Source of the DNA: Veleropilina oligotropha | Lineage: Eukaryota | Length of the DNA stretch: 64,000 nucleotides | Direction: 5' to 3' | NCBI GenBank assembly: GCA_048128005.1 | Contig: JBEUKZ010000131.1 | Coordinates: forward strand, 124,001-188,000 | Position numbers and translations under genes: made by a program | In this document: positions 24,948 to 37,490 of the stretch, piece after piece | Layout: every line of letters starts with the position of its first letter | How positions within the stretch are numbered: position 1 is the stretch's first letter | The notes under the pieces: generated by a model | What the model saw: the letters and a program-made list of their open reading frames with translations, nothing else | Databases searched by the model: none | Told to the model about the DNA's origin: nothing

Positions 24948-25052
24948 TCACTACGAGATTCGTGAGACTGGGCCAGTACAGCAGATTGGATTTGCTACTG
25001 AGCACGAGAAGGGGATGCTTCGTATATTTCCCGGTGAAGTGCAGCCTACGAG
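24948..25052 (+). CDS. TTN: Cassette motif exon 8 (HYEIRETGPVQQIGFATEHEKGMLRI)
   Basis: tttcag|...AG|gtgtgt; 105 nt, phase 2-2. Confidence 0.8.
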
Positions 25053-25171
25053 GTGTGTGGCATGCGCTCGCCCTCTAGTGCCTAGTCCAGTAGAAGTAGT
25101 GTTTGTTTGCTGGTGGGTCTCCATCATATATCAAGGCATTGTCACAGCCACCGATATCCGTATTAGCGGTA

Positions 25172-25515
25172 TATGTAATAGATAATACACTGCCAGCTTG
25201 AGGCGTTATAAGCCATTAACAGACTGAGCCACAGCGAGGCTGTTTGGCTTATAACGTCGAGGGGTGGAAACTGTATTATATCTGTTATACACACCATGGA
25301 AATCTATTGTAAATTGCAAGCTGTAACCCCTTAAATCATTCAATTGCTCACCATATCGCCTCTAGAGCGTTATATGAGAAAATCGACTCTTCCATTGGCA
25401 AGTTGCCTAGATCCTTTGTCTCTCAATTTAGTCTGGCCATCTTGCCGAGTTAACCATTGTCTCGGAACACCAGAAGGCCTATTGTTCACATAATTTTGCC
25501 CATGGTGTGTATATG
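25172..25515. mobile_element. Hairpin-containing non-autonomous element (Crypton-like, tentative)
   Basis: Inverted arms cgttataagcca/tggcttataacg and tatacacaccatgg/ccatggtgtgtata; shares ctattgtaaattgcaagctgtaaccc with 3790-3830. Confidence 0.5.
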
Positions 25516-25946
25516 CAATTGCATACAACAATCATGTAGTCCAGAATGGTTTTTCACACAAGCATGTATTAGCAGAATCTAGGAACCTTGCCAATTTGGA
25601 TCCAATGTTGAAGATGAATGAAGGATATTAATTTTTTTGTTACCTTAAGAGAATGAATCCATCTTTCCTTTTCAATCGGAAATCTCATGTATTTTTTGGT
25701 GCTTGTATATTTTTTGCAATTGTTTGCTTTAGTTTGGATCGATTAACGCTTTTATCAACTTTTGGATCCTTAAGAAATAAATCCATACACGAGACAAATA
25801 TGGCAATAGAGATTTGCAATCATACATTTTTTGGACATTTATATGTTATTTGCATATTGCATGGATTTTTGTCATCTGATTCACTTTAGCATTGTTTTGT
25901 AAATATTGTATTAATTAGTATTTTACTAGTGCTCTTGTGGAGTCTA

Positions 25947-26974
25947 AAGCCCAGTTCTCACCTACACGGTTCGCATTACGGATCGCTACGGTTCAGCTCA
26001 CCGTGGCCATCCGGGATGATCCGTAAAGCATCGTAGATTGATCCGTGAGTGACCGTACTATTCCGTCGTTCACCGTGAAGGACCGTAGAAAGCGGTCAAA
26101 ATTTTGTGCATGCAAAAAACCATCACGGTGTCGCTACGTCGTTTTATTGTCCGTAGGTTGGCGTAGAAGCACCGTAGGTCGTAGACTGATTCATGATGAT
26201 CCGTAATGAACCGCACGTTCATTGCCTTCACGGTTCGTCGCGGCAGACTACGTTTTATCACGACTTGCTACAGTAACGCTACGGTGTGCCTACGATTCAT
26301 CTACGGTAGAGTAAGATTTGGTGACGAATGTCAGCGGTTTGCTACGGTAGGCTACGGTTGAGGTCACAGTATTACCACGTATCTCTACAGCTTGCTACGG
26401 TGTGTCAATGTTGCAGCTACGGCGGACGATGAAACGTGATGTGTGAAGGGTATAAAAGACAGGCTGCACAACTTCTTCCCTGTTTTAGCCAACAACTTTC
26501 GATGATACACTAGCTACCTACAATGGGACCTTGTAGGGATATGTGTCGGGGACGATGGTATAATGAGAGGGTGAATAGAGGGAGGACCTTTAAATATTCA
26601 CTAGCCAAGTGCACCGTAGACGACCGTGAAGCGTCTTAGACTTGTACGGTATGCCATAGGCAAACGTAGACAACCGTACAATACCGTGATACAACCTTAC
26701 GCTCAGTACGGTTGACCGTAGAAAGGCGTAGGAAGTCGTGGCATGCCGTAGACAAACCCTGAAGTACCGTAACAGTTCCGTGGTCCTCACTGTACGCTTG
26801 TTGTGGAATGTCGTAGGTACGTCGTAAGTTCACCGTCGACTGTCGTCAATAACCATAGTACTGCCATAGTAGGTCATAAAGAAGTAATAAAATGTGTACG
26901 GATCATCACGGTTTGCCATGGTAGTTGCACCGTAGACATCCGTAGAGAGAACCGTGAATGTGAGAACTGGTCTT
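25947..26974. mobile_element. Non-autonomous TIR transposon (PIF/Harbinger-like MITE)
   Basis: TIR AAGCCCAGTTCTCAC../..GTGAGAACTGGTCTT; TA/TWA flanks; interior dense in TACGG/CCGTA motifs. Confidence 0.75.
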
Positions 26975-27234
26975 TAGTATAGTCATTGTGATTCTATGTT
27001 ACTTGTAAGTTAAAACATAAAACATGTATATATGTATATGATTGTGCACCAATAACTCAAACAAGCATGCTTCATGTGACACAGCAATGCCTTTGAGTAT
27101 TGCCCAATATGGAGGTATACTAATACAAGTAACATTGTCATTTCAATACTAAGCTATTTTATAAATTCTGTATAGAAATATTTTTATGATTACCTTATGT
27201 AAAGTTAATGCTATGTGTGGCCCTTTTTCAACAG

Positions 27235-27537
27235 CGTTCCTCCAGAACCAAAACTAGCCAAGGTTCCGCCGCCAACGGCGCCAAAACCTTCTCCCTTTCA
27301 CAAGGAAGAGGTCACTTTCACCCCCTTCGTGCCTGCAGCGCCAAAACCTTCTCCCCTTCAAAAGGAAGAGGTCTCATTCACCCCCTTCGTGCCTGCACCC
27401 CCTCCACCTGCACTGAAGATTGCACCAACGGTTAAGACCGAGTCTAAACTAACCCCCACGGGCCCACCTCAGGTGCCCACTGTATGGTCAATGGAAAAAA
27501 GCGAAGTATATAAAGCATTACTGGCAGAGGAGAAAAG
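27235..27537 (+). CDS. TTN: Pro-rich cassette exon with 60-bp internal repeat
   Basis: aacag|...AG|gtcagc; 303 nt, phase 2-2; read-through would stop at 27557-27559. Confidence 0.8.
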
Positions 27538-28433
27538 GTCAGCAAGAGTGTGGTCTTAATGATGTTCCGTAGTTCTTAGAAACAAAGGTCAAAGATTGTG
27601 TGACCACATAATATTGTAGTTGCTAGAAGTGTGGGTTATATATCACATATGTTGTAGAATTGCTTTTTAGGAATAGGTTGTTAATGCTTTTGAACTCCCA
27701 CCTTGTTAATGCTGCCTATGATGATATATCAACACTGCGGAACCACTGTGGCGGAGATGGATAAACCGTGCTTGTCACCTTTAATTGATAATATCAATCG
27801 AATACCGAGCTAACAATATAATGGCTTGAAATGTTTTTTGGGGTCTGATGTGCTATTTTAGGCTTCATGTTGGCAAGGTCGCTCCGGTAAGCGAGTGGTT
27901 TTCGAGTGTCAACTTTAATTTCACTGTCTTGAATCTCTATCTAACAGCTGTATATGTTTGAACCTTGGTTGTGACAATAGCATTTTTGTATTAGGTGACA
28001 GTTGCAGGGGAGGGTATATATATATTCATATTTAGAAAATGTTGGAAAGTGAGAGTGCAAGACCTTCATGATCTTACCAATTCCAAAAAGTGGACGGTAT
28101 GGAAAACACCATCAAAACCACATAGAGATACTATCAGCCACTTTGTATTTCAGATATACATTATATCTTTTGTTATTATTAGTTACAGCTGTAAACATTT
28201 TGCTTAAGCATGCTGACATTCTCTCATGGTATAGTGATTAATTGTTGATGCTTTATCATTATTTTGTGAATTTGTGATAATTCTGTAACACGTTCTCTAT
28301 TGCTGCTTGTGTTTTGTAAATCTTATAAGATTTTTTTCTTTATTGTTACAGTATATACTGTATATTTCATATTTTATTTATTATTTCCTAAGTATCATTT
28401 TGGTTTAATCTTAGTAAAGTTAATTGATGTCTT

Positions 28434-28464
<31 letters not shown>

Positions 28465-28651
28465 CATCTCATGTGCAACTGCTAATTAGTGTTAAATTAC
28501 ATTCCCGTTTATGATTTCCGTATGTTTTATATGTATTTTGCGTATTATTGATTTTAATTTACATTTACATTATTTTATTTCGCAATACGATGCTAATGGA
28601 CATTTTAAAATTCTTTTCGTACTGTTATTAATTAGTGATTGTTTTTAACAG

Positions 28652-28720
28652 ACAAGAAGATGCTCCCGACTCCAATAAGCTGAATATAAACGCTGTGGCC
28701 ATAAAGCTCGCCGACTCCAG
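28652..28720 (+). CDS. Putative short cassette exon (QEDAPDSNKLNINAVAIKLADS)
   Basis: tttttaacag|...AG|gtggtt; 69 nt, phase 2-2; GC-richer than flanks. Confidence 0.55.
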
Positions 28721-30233
28721 GTGGTTATCAAACGATCTTGTCACCTGGTGTGTGCGCACCCAGCTCATCACGTAGTCGTTGCACCATACGCTTCACCTCG
28801 TTTGTAGTGTCTTCTTTAGTTGCTGATTTGTTTTCCATGACTGCGGATATAAGAAGTATTCTGTGCAGCAATGCTGGGATATATACCTGCATTCTGGTTG
28901 GAGCTCACCATGCATGGCTTTTGTTTGGAAAATTATCAGGATTTTCATGTCACATTTATGTCGATTAAACTATAGATTCACTTTAGATATGATATGTGGT
29001 GCACTTAAATATCTCCAGATCATGTACCACTACTATGATTTCAGTATTCTTTCCCGGATGTGTGGAAAAAGGTCCTAGTTCCGAAGTTACTTTCTTTAAT
29101 TCGAAAACTTCTTCAATAGTCAATTGTGTATCTTGACAATGTGTAAAACTGCATGGTATAAAATAAAAATCATGAATAAGATAAGCAAGCATGGCTTTGA
29201 GGGTGGTTTGTGGTGGTTGATTTTATTTGTGAGAAATTTTTTAAATCGATCGATCGAGCGCTATCGCCAAACAACAGTCATCTAGTATGCTAAATTACTA
29301 TTACAATGAAATAGAAATGCCAAAGACAGATATTCGTCATGTACTGATCCCTTCCGAAAAGTGTATAAAATTTACTTGCCGTAAGAAGCAGCTGTATACC
29401 GATAAAAAATGTCTTCCATTAAATTATTTTGCACTTTGCTTTAACGAAGGTTTATTTGCATAAAATTATGAGTTTTCATGGATTGTTTGATTTGCAAATA
29501 CGTGTAAAATATATTTATTTTCAAGCAATTTTCATCTTTATATATATACTTATTTGTTTTGGTGTGAACTGTTTTTATGATGCCTTGTTTTATCTGATTA
29601 TTTTCTGTATTCATTTACCATTTGCTATTTGAAATGATAACCATGTGTAATATTATTTATTCATCTCATCTTGCACTGCAAACTAACCATTGTCAATTTC
29701 ATTGTTATGTGCTGTTTCAAATATAAATGATACTGTATATGCATGTTGCTTTTTAATTACACAAGGTCCAGTTTGGTTGCACATGTATAAAATGTTTTAT
29801 TTATAGTTGTACATGTATACTTGTCGTGTCTGAAGATTAACGATTTCATATTTCAGCTAAATTGACTACTACAGTTTGAAAAAATATATATGCAATTATA
29901 GAAACTCAAAAATTAACCGAGTACAAGTAGAGTAGCTGTGGTGAAATATGCACCATTTAAAATACATTGAATGTTATCATATTACACGACCTTTATTTCT
30001 TATAACTTATAACTGTATGGTCAATTGAACAAAGATATATTTTGCCTTCAATATATCCTATAATGACTGGTATAATTATTGGTGTTATGGTACCTTTCTT
30101 ATCGGTTGATGAGGGATAGGTTGGCATTCATTATTTGCTGCGTCAATGCAGTGATGTACCGCCTAATTATAATATTCCGTGTCCTGCATCATGTACGCCC
30201 TGATTATAATCCTTCGTGTCCTATATCGTTCAG

Positions 30234-30472
30234 GGAGAACCTGGACCGTGAAGCCGCTGTCCGCGAGTACACCCTGCGTGAGGGTCAGGCTCCATCAGAG
30301 GAGGAGCTGTACATCAAGAGCAGCCCCCAGCCGCCACGATTCAAGACGCAGATCAAGCCACTCATGAAGCTAAAGGAGAACGAACCGGCGCACTTCGAAT
30401 GCAAACTGGTCCCTCTCGGGGACCCCAGCATGCGGGTGGAGTGGTTCAAGGACGAAAAGCCCATGTTACACG
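30234..30472 (+). CDS. TTN: Exon: linker + first half of kettin-type (Ig8-like) domain
   Basis: ttcag|G...CACG|gtacgg; PAHFECKLVPLGDPSMRVEWF. Confidence 0.92.
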
Positions 30473-30899
30473 GTACGGTGAAAGTGAAAGTTTTCATAAC
30501 ACATCTAAATTAGGTTGATATTTGCCTATATTTATGGGTTAAAGAGTTGTCGATGCCGATATAAGATGGAAATAATATGATTTCCGCTTTCATCTACTTT
30601 GTGGAGTTATTTGGATGCACAGAACTTGGTACATGGGTTGATGGATGACATTATGGGTAACAACCATACCTGTGTCTGATCTATCAGTTTGAAAGAAGAA
30701 AATCAATCGTATTGTGTTCATTAGAGATTGCATTCATGGAATATATTTCAGGTCTACCGATCGAACATGGAAATTTGGCTATGTGGTCCAGAGATTTAAA
30801 AAATGTTTTCTAAACTGTTTTCTATTATTCTCTGTCTCACGAATTTATATCTGCTGTTCTATGTGATTGTATGTATTGTGCTTATTTTCATGTTCACAG

Positions 30900-31043
30900 G
30901 CCATCGCTTCAAACCCATGTACGATTTTGGATACGTATCACTCGACATGCTGTACACCTACCCAGAAGACTCGGGCATTTACATGTGCAAGGCCACAAAC
31001 GACGTGGGAGATGCCACAACATCTGCAGAGATCAAATGCAAAC
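30900..31043 (+). CDS. TTN: Exon: second half of kettin-type Ig
   Basis: cacag|...AAAC|gtgagt; GHRFKPMYDFGYVSLDMLYTYPEDSG. Confidence 0.93.
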
Positions 31044-31317
31044 GTGAGTTATTCTTAGCATAAAGTAATGTGGTGTACCTTTTCATCATCATGAATGACA
31101 GGTAATAACTGAATACATGTATCAGAAAAATGTGTAAGCGTTGTGACTTTTCAAGTTAAACATTTTTGAACTGCAAAAGAATGTTGTTCTTTAATTTCAA
31201 TTCATAAATATCATTATAACATTAATATCAAATATTGGGTGATGTAGATTGAACTCATTCATGTGCTCTAGCTGATGTGGATGTCTAGTTTATGTTGTGC
31301 ATCTTTGTTTGCTTCAG

Positions 31318-31405
31318 CCCTGCGGTCCATTATCATGGAGACTCAGCTGCCAGAGGGAGAAGAAAGCATGGCGAAGATCCACGAGATGGAGCAGTACTGG
31401 AGGAG
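31318..31405 (+). CDS. TTN: Exon: kettin-type linker (RSIIMETQLPEGEESMAKIHEME)
   Basis: ttcag|...AG|gtaggg; phases match 31043 and 37666. Confidence 0.9.
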
Positions 31406-31463
31406 GTAGGGTGTTCTTTGCTTTGGATCGATACTTAATACCCCATTTTTGACAAACTTACTA

Positions 31464-31525
31464 GGACATGTCCATATTATCACGGGAGGAAAACCTGGTC
31501 ACCCCGTAAGCGCAGCCGGTACCTG
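31464..31525 (-). mobile_element. SINE family A fragment
   Basis: Reverse complement matches the core at 8105-8145. Confidence 0.5.
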
Positions 31526-31545
31526 GTTGGTCTTGAAGCAGATAA

Positions 31546-34500
31546 ATGGTGAGTGTTAGAGGATGTAGGTTATAGGGCAGGATGGTGAGTGTTAGAGGAT
31601 GTATGTTATAGGGCAGGATGGTGAGTGTTAGAGGATGTAGGTTATAGGGCAGGATGGCGAGTGTTAGAGGATATAGGTTATAGGGCAGGATGGTGAGTGT
31701 TAGAGGATGTAGGATATAGGGCAGGATGGTGAGTGTTAGAGGATGTAGGTTATAGGGCAGGATGGTGAGTGTTAGAGGATGTAGGTTATAGGGCAGGATG
31801 GTGAGTGTTAGAGGATGTAGGTTATAGGGCAGGATGGTGAGTGTTAGAGGATGTAGGTTATATGGCAGGATGGTGAGTGTTAGAGGATGTAGGCTATAGG
31901 GCAGGATGGTGAGTGTTAGAGGATGTAGGTTATAGGGCAGGATGGTGAGTGTTAGAGGATGTAGGTTATAGGGCAGGATGGTGAGTGTTAGAGGATGTAG
32001 GTTATAGAGCAGGATGGTGAGTGTTAGAGGATGTAGGTTATAGGGCAGGATGGTGAGTGTTAGAGGATGTAGGTTATAGGGCAGGATGGTGAGTGTTAGA
32101 GGATGTAGGCTATAGGGCAGGATGGTGAGTGTTAGAGGATGTAGGTTATAGGGCAGGATGGTGAGTGTTAGAGGATGTAGGTTATAGGGCAGGATGGTGA
32201 GTGTTAGAGGATGTAGGTTATAGGGCAGGATGGTGAGTGTTAGAGGATGTAGGCTATAGGGCAGGATGGTGAGTGTTAGAGGATGTAGGTTATAGGGCAG
32301 GATGGTGAGTGTTAGAGGATGTAGGTTATTGGGCAGGATGGTGAGTGTTAGAGGATGTAGGCTATAGGGCAGGATGGTGAGTGTTAGAGGATGTAGGTTA
32401 TAGGGCAGGATGGTGAGTGTTAGAGGATGTAGGTTATAGGGCAGGATGGTGAGTGTTAGAGGATGTAGGTTATAGGGCAGGATGGTGAGTGTTAGAGGAT
32501 GTAGGTTATAGGGTAGGTTATAGGGCAGGATGGTGAGTGTTAGAGGATGTAGGTTATATGGCAGGATGGTGAGTGTTAGAGGATGTAGGCTATAGGGCAG
32601 GATGGTGAGTGTTAGAGCATGTAGGTTATAGGGCAGGATGGTGAGTGTTAGAGGATGTAGGTTATAGGGCAGGATGGTGAGTGTTAGAGGATGTAGGTTA
32701 TAGGGCAGGATGGTGAGTGTTAGAGGATGTAGGTTATAGGGCAGGATGGTGCGTGTTAGAGGATGTAGGTTATAGGGCAGGATGGTGAGTGTTAGAGGAT
32801 GTAGGTTATAGGGCAGGATGGTGAGTGTTAGAGGATGTAGGCTATAGGGCAGGATGGTGAGTGTTAGAGGATGTAGGTTATAGGGCAGGATGGTGAGTGT
32901 TAGAGGATGTAGGTTATAGGGCAGGATGGTGAGTGTTAGAGGATGTAGGTTATAGGGCAGGATGGTGAGTGTTATAGGATGTAGGCTATAGGGCAGGATG
33001 GTGAGTGTTAGAGGATGTAGGTTATAGGGCAGGATGGTGAGTGTTAGAGGATGTAGGTTATCGGGCAGGATGGTGAGTGTTAGAGGATGTAGGCTATAGG
33101 GCAGGATGGTGAGTGTTAGAGGATGTAGGTTATAGGGCAGGATGGTGAGTGTTAGAGGATGTAGGTTATAGGGCAGGATGGTGAGTGTTATAGGATGTAG
33201 GCTATAGGGCAGGATGGTGAGTGTTAGAGGATGTAGGTTATAGGGCAGGATGGTGAGTGTTAGAGGATGTAGGTTATAGGGCAGGATGGTGAGTGTTAGA
33301 GGATGTAGGCTATAGGGCAGGATGGTGAGTGTTAGAGGTTATAGGGCAGGATGGTGAGTGTTAGAGGATGTAGGCTATAGGGCAGGATGGTGAGTGTTAG
33401 AGGATGTAGGTTATAGGGCAGGATGGTGAGTGTTAGAGGATGTAGGTTATAGGGCAGGATGGTGAGTGTTAGAGGATGTAGGTTATAGGGCAGGATGGTG
33501 AGTGTTAGAGGATGTAGGTTATAGGGCAGGATGGTGAGTGTTAGAGGATGTAGGCTATAGGGCAGGATGGTGAGTGTTAGAGGATGTAGGTTATAGGGCA
33601 GGATGGTGAGTGTTAGAGGATGTAGGTTATAGGGCAGGATGGTGAGTGTTAGAGGATGTAGGTTATAGGGCAGGATGGTGAGTGTTAGAGGATGTAGGTT
33701 ATAGGGCAGGATGGTGAGTGTTAGAGGATGTAGGCTATAGGGCAGGATGGTGAGTGTTAGAGGATGTAGGTTATAGGGCAGGATGGTGAGTGTTAGAGGA
33801 TGTAGGTTATAGGGCAGGATGGTGAGTGTTAGAGGATGTAGGTTATAGGGCAGGATGGTGAGTGTTAGAGGATGTAGGTTATAGGGCAGGATGGTGAGTG
33901 TTAGAGGATGTAGGTTATAGGGCAGGATGGTGAGTGTTAGAGGATGTAGGTTATAGGGCAGGATGGTGAGTGTTAGAGGATGTAGGTTATTGGGCAGGAT
34001 GGTGAGTGTTAGAGGATGTAGGCTATAGGGCAGGATGGTGAGTGTTAGAGGATGTAGGTTATAGGGCAGGATGGTGAGTGTTAGAGGATGTAGGCTATAG
34101 GGCAGGATGGTGAGTGTTAGAGGATGTAGGTTATAGGGCAGGATGGTGAGTGTTAGAGGATGTAGGTTATAGGGCAGGATGGTGAGTGTTAGAGGATGTA
34201 GGTTATATGGCAGGATGGTGAGTGTTAGAGGATGTAGGCTATAGGGCAGGATGGTGAGTGTTAGAGGATGTAGGTTATAGGGCAGGATGGTGAGTGTTAG
34301 AGGATGTAGGTTATAGGGCAGGATGGTGAGTGTTAGAGGATGTAGGTTATAGGGCAGGATGGTGAGTGTTAGAGGATGTAGGTTATAGGGCAGGATGGTG
34401 CGTGTTAGAGGATGTAGGTTATAGGGCAGGATGGTGAGTGTTAGAGGATGTAGGTTATAGGGCAGGATGGTGAGTGTTAGAGGATGTAGGCTATGGGGCA

Positions 34501-37490
34501 GGATGGTGAGTGTTAGAGGATGTAGGCTATAGGGCAGGATGGTGAGTGTTAGAGGATGTAGGCTATAGGGCAGGATGGTGAGTGTTAGAGGATGTAGGTT
34601 ATATGGCAGATGGTGAGTGTTAGAGGATGTAGGTTATCGGGCAGGATGGTGAGTGTTAGAGGATGTAGGCTATAGGGCAGGATGGTGAGTGTTAGAGGAT
34701 GTAGGTTATAGGGCAGGATGGTGAGTGTTAGAGGATGTAGGTTATAGGGCAGGATGGTGAGTGTTAGAGGATGTAGGTTATAGGGCAGGATGGTGAGTGT
34801 TAGAGGATGTAGGCTATAGGGCAGGATGGTGAGTGTTAGAGGATGTAGGTTATAGGGCAGGATGGTGAGTGTTAGAGGATGTAGGTTATAGGGCAGGATG
34901 GTGAGTGTTAGAGGATGTAGGTTATAGGGCAGGATGGTGAGTGTTAGAGGATGTAGGCTATAGGGCAGGATGGTGAGTGTTAGAGGATGTAGGCTATAGG
35001 GCAGGATGGTGAGTGTTAGAGGATGTAGGTTATAGGGCAGGATGGTGAGTGTTAGAGGATGTAGGTTATAGGGCAGGATGGTGAGTGTTAGAGGATGTAG
35101 GTTATAGGGCAGGATGGTGAGTGTTAGAGGATGTAGGTTATAGGGCAGGATGGTGAGTGTTAGAGGATGTAGGCTATAGGGCAGGATGGTGAGTGTTAGA
35201 GGATGTAGGTTATAGGGCAGGATGGTGAGTGTTAGAGGATGTAGGTTATAGGGCAGGATGGTGAGTGTTAGAGGATGTAGGTTATATGGCAGGATGGTGA
35301 GTGTTAGAGGATGTAGGTTATAGGGCAGGATGGTGAGTGTTAGAGGATGTAGGTTATAGGGCAGGATGGTGAGTGTTAGAGGATGTAGGTTATAGGGCAG
35401 GATGGTGAGTGTTAGAGGATGTAGGTTATAGGGCAGGATGGTGAGTGTTAGAGGATGTAGGTTATAGGGCAGGATGGTGAGTGTTAGAGGATGTAGGCTA
35501 TAGGGCAGGATGGTGAGTGTTAGAGGATGTAGGTTATAAGGCAGGATGGTGAGTGTTAGAGGATGTAGGTTATAGGGCAGGATGGTGAGTGTTAGAGGAT
35601 GTAGGTTATAGGGCAGGATGGTGAGTGTTAGAGGATGTAGGTTATAGGGCAGGATGGTGAGTGTTAGAGGATGTAGGTTATAGGGCAGGATGGTGAGTGT
35701 TAGAGGATGTAGGTTATAGGGCAGGATGGTGAGTGTTAGAGGATGTAGGTTATAGGGCAGGATGGTGAGTGTTAGAGGATGTAGGCTATAGGGCAGGATG
35801 GTGAGTGTTAGAGGATGTAGGCTATAGGGCAGGATGGTGAGTGTTAGAGGATGTAGGTTATAGGGCAGGATGGTGAGTGTTAGAGGATGTAGGCTATAGG
35901 GCAGGATGGTGAGTGTTAGAGGATGTAGGTTATAGGGCAGGATGGTGAGTGTTAGAGGATGTAGGTTATAGGGCAGGATGGTGAGTGTTAGAGGATGTAG
36001 GTTATAGGGCAGGATGGTGAGTGTTAGAGGATGTAGGTTGTAGGGCAGGATGGTGAGTGTTAGAGGATGTAGGTTATAGGGCAGGATGGTGAGTGTTAGA
36101 GGATGTAGGTTATAGGGCAGGATGGTGAGTGTTAGAGGATGTAGGCTATAGGGCAGGATGGTGAGTGTTAGAGGATGTAGGTTATAGGGCAGGATGGTGA
36201 GTGTTAGAGGATGTAGGTTATAGGGCAGGATGGTGAGTGTTAGAGGATGTAGGTTATAGGGCAGGATGGTGAGTGTTAGAGGATGTAGGTTATAAGGCAG
36301 GATGGTGAGTGTTAGAGGATGTAGGTTATAGGGCAGGATGGTGAGTGTTAGAGGATGTAGGTTATAGGGCAGGATGGTGAGTGTTAGAGGATGTAGGTTA
36401 TAGGGCAGGATGGTGAGTGTTAGAGGATGTAGGCTATAGGGCAGGATGGTGAGTGTTAGAGGATGTAGGCTATAGGGCAGGATGGTGAGTGTTAGAGGAT
36501 GTAGGTTATAGGGCAGGATGTTGAGTGTTAGAGGATGTAGGTTATAGGGCAGGATGGTGAGTGTTAGAGGATGTAGGCTATAGGGCAGGATGGTGAGTGT
36601 TAGAGGATGTAGGTTATAGGGCAGGATGGTGAGTGTTAGAGGATGTAGGTTATAGGGCAGGATGGTGAGTGTTAGAGGATGTAGGTTATAGGGCAGGATG
36701 GTGAGTGTTAGAGGATGTAGGTTATATGGCAGGATGGTGAGTGTTAGAGGATGTAGGCTATAGGGCAGGATGGTGAGTGTTAGAGGATGTAGGTTATAGG
36801 GCAGGATGGTGAGTGTTAGAGGATGTAGGTTATAGGGCAGGATGGTGAGGGTTAGAGGATGTAGGTTATAGGGCAGGATGGTGAGTGTTAGAGGATGTAG
36901 GTTATAGGGCAGGATGGTGAGTGTTAGAGGATGTAGGTTATAGGGCAGGATGGTGAGTGTTAGACGATGTAGGTTATAGGGCAGGATGGTGAGTGTTAGA
37001 GGATGTAGGTTATAGGGCAGGATGGTGAGTGTTAGAGGATGTAGGTTATATGGCAGGATGGTGAGTGTTAGAGGATGTAGGCTATAGGGCAGGATGGTGA
37101 GTGTTAGAGGATGTAGGTTATAGAGCAGGATGGTGAGTGTTAGAGGATGTAGGTTATAGGGCAGGATGGTGAGTGTTAGAGGATGTAGGCTATAGGGCAG
37201 GATGGTGAGTGTTAGAGGATGTAGGTTATAGGGCAGGATGGTGAGTGTTAGAGGATGTAGGTTATAGGGCAGGATGGTGAGTGTTAGAGGATGTAGGCTA
37301 TAGGGCAGGATGGTGAGTGTTAGAGGATGTAGGTTATAGGGCAGGATGGTGAGTGTTAGAGGATGTAGGCTATAGGGCAGGATGGTGAGTGTTAGAGGAT
37401 GTAGGTTATAGGGCAGGATGGTGAGTGTTAGAGGATGTAGGTTATAGGGCAGGATGGTGAGTGTTAGAGGATGTAGGTTATAGGGCAGGA
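31546..37490. repeat. 36-bp satellite, ~165 copies (GATGGTGAGTGTTAGAGGATGTAGGTTATAGGGCAG)
   Basis: Highly homogeneous tandem array inside an intron. Confidence 0.99.

Noticed and set aside
31546..37490. CRISPR array (36-bp repeat)
   Set aside because: Head-to-tail repeats with no unique spacers, no cas genes, eukaryotic intron context.
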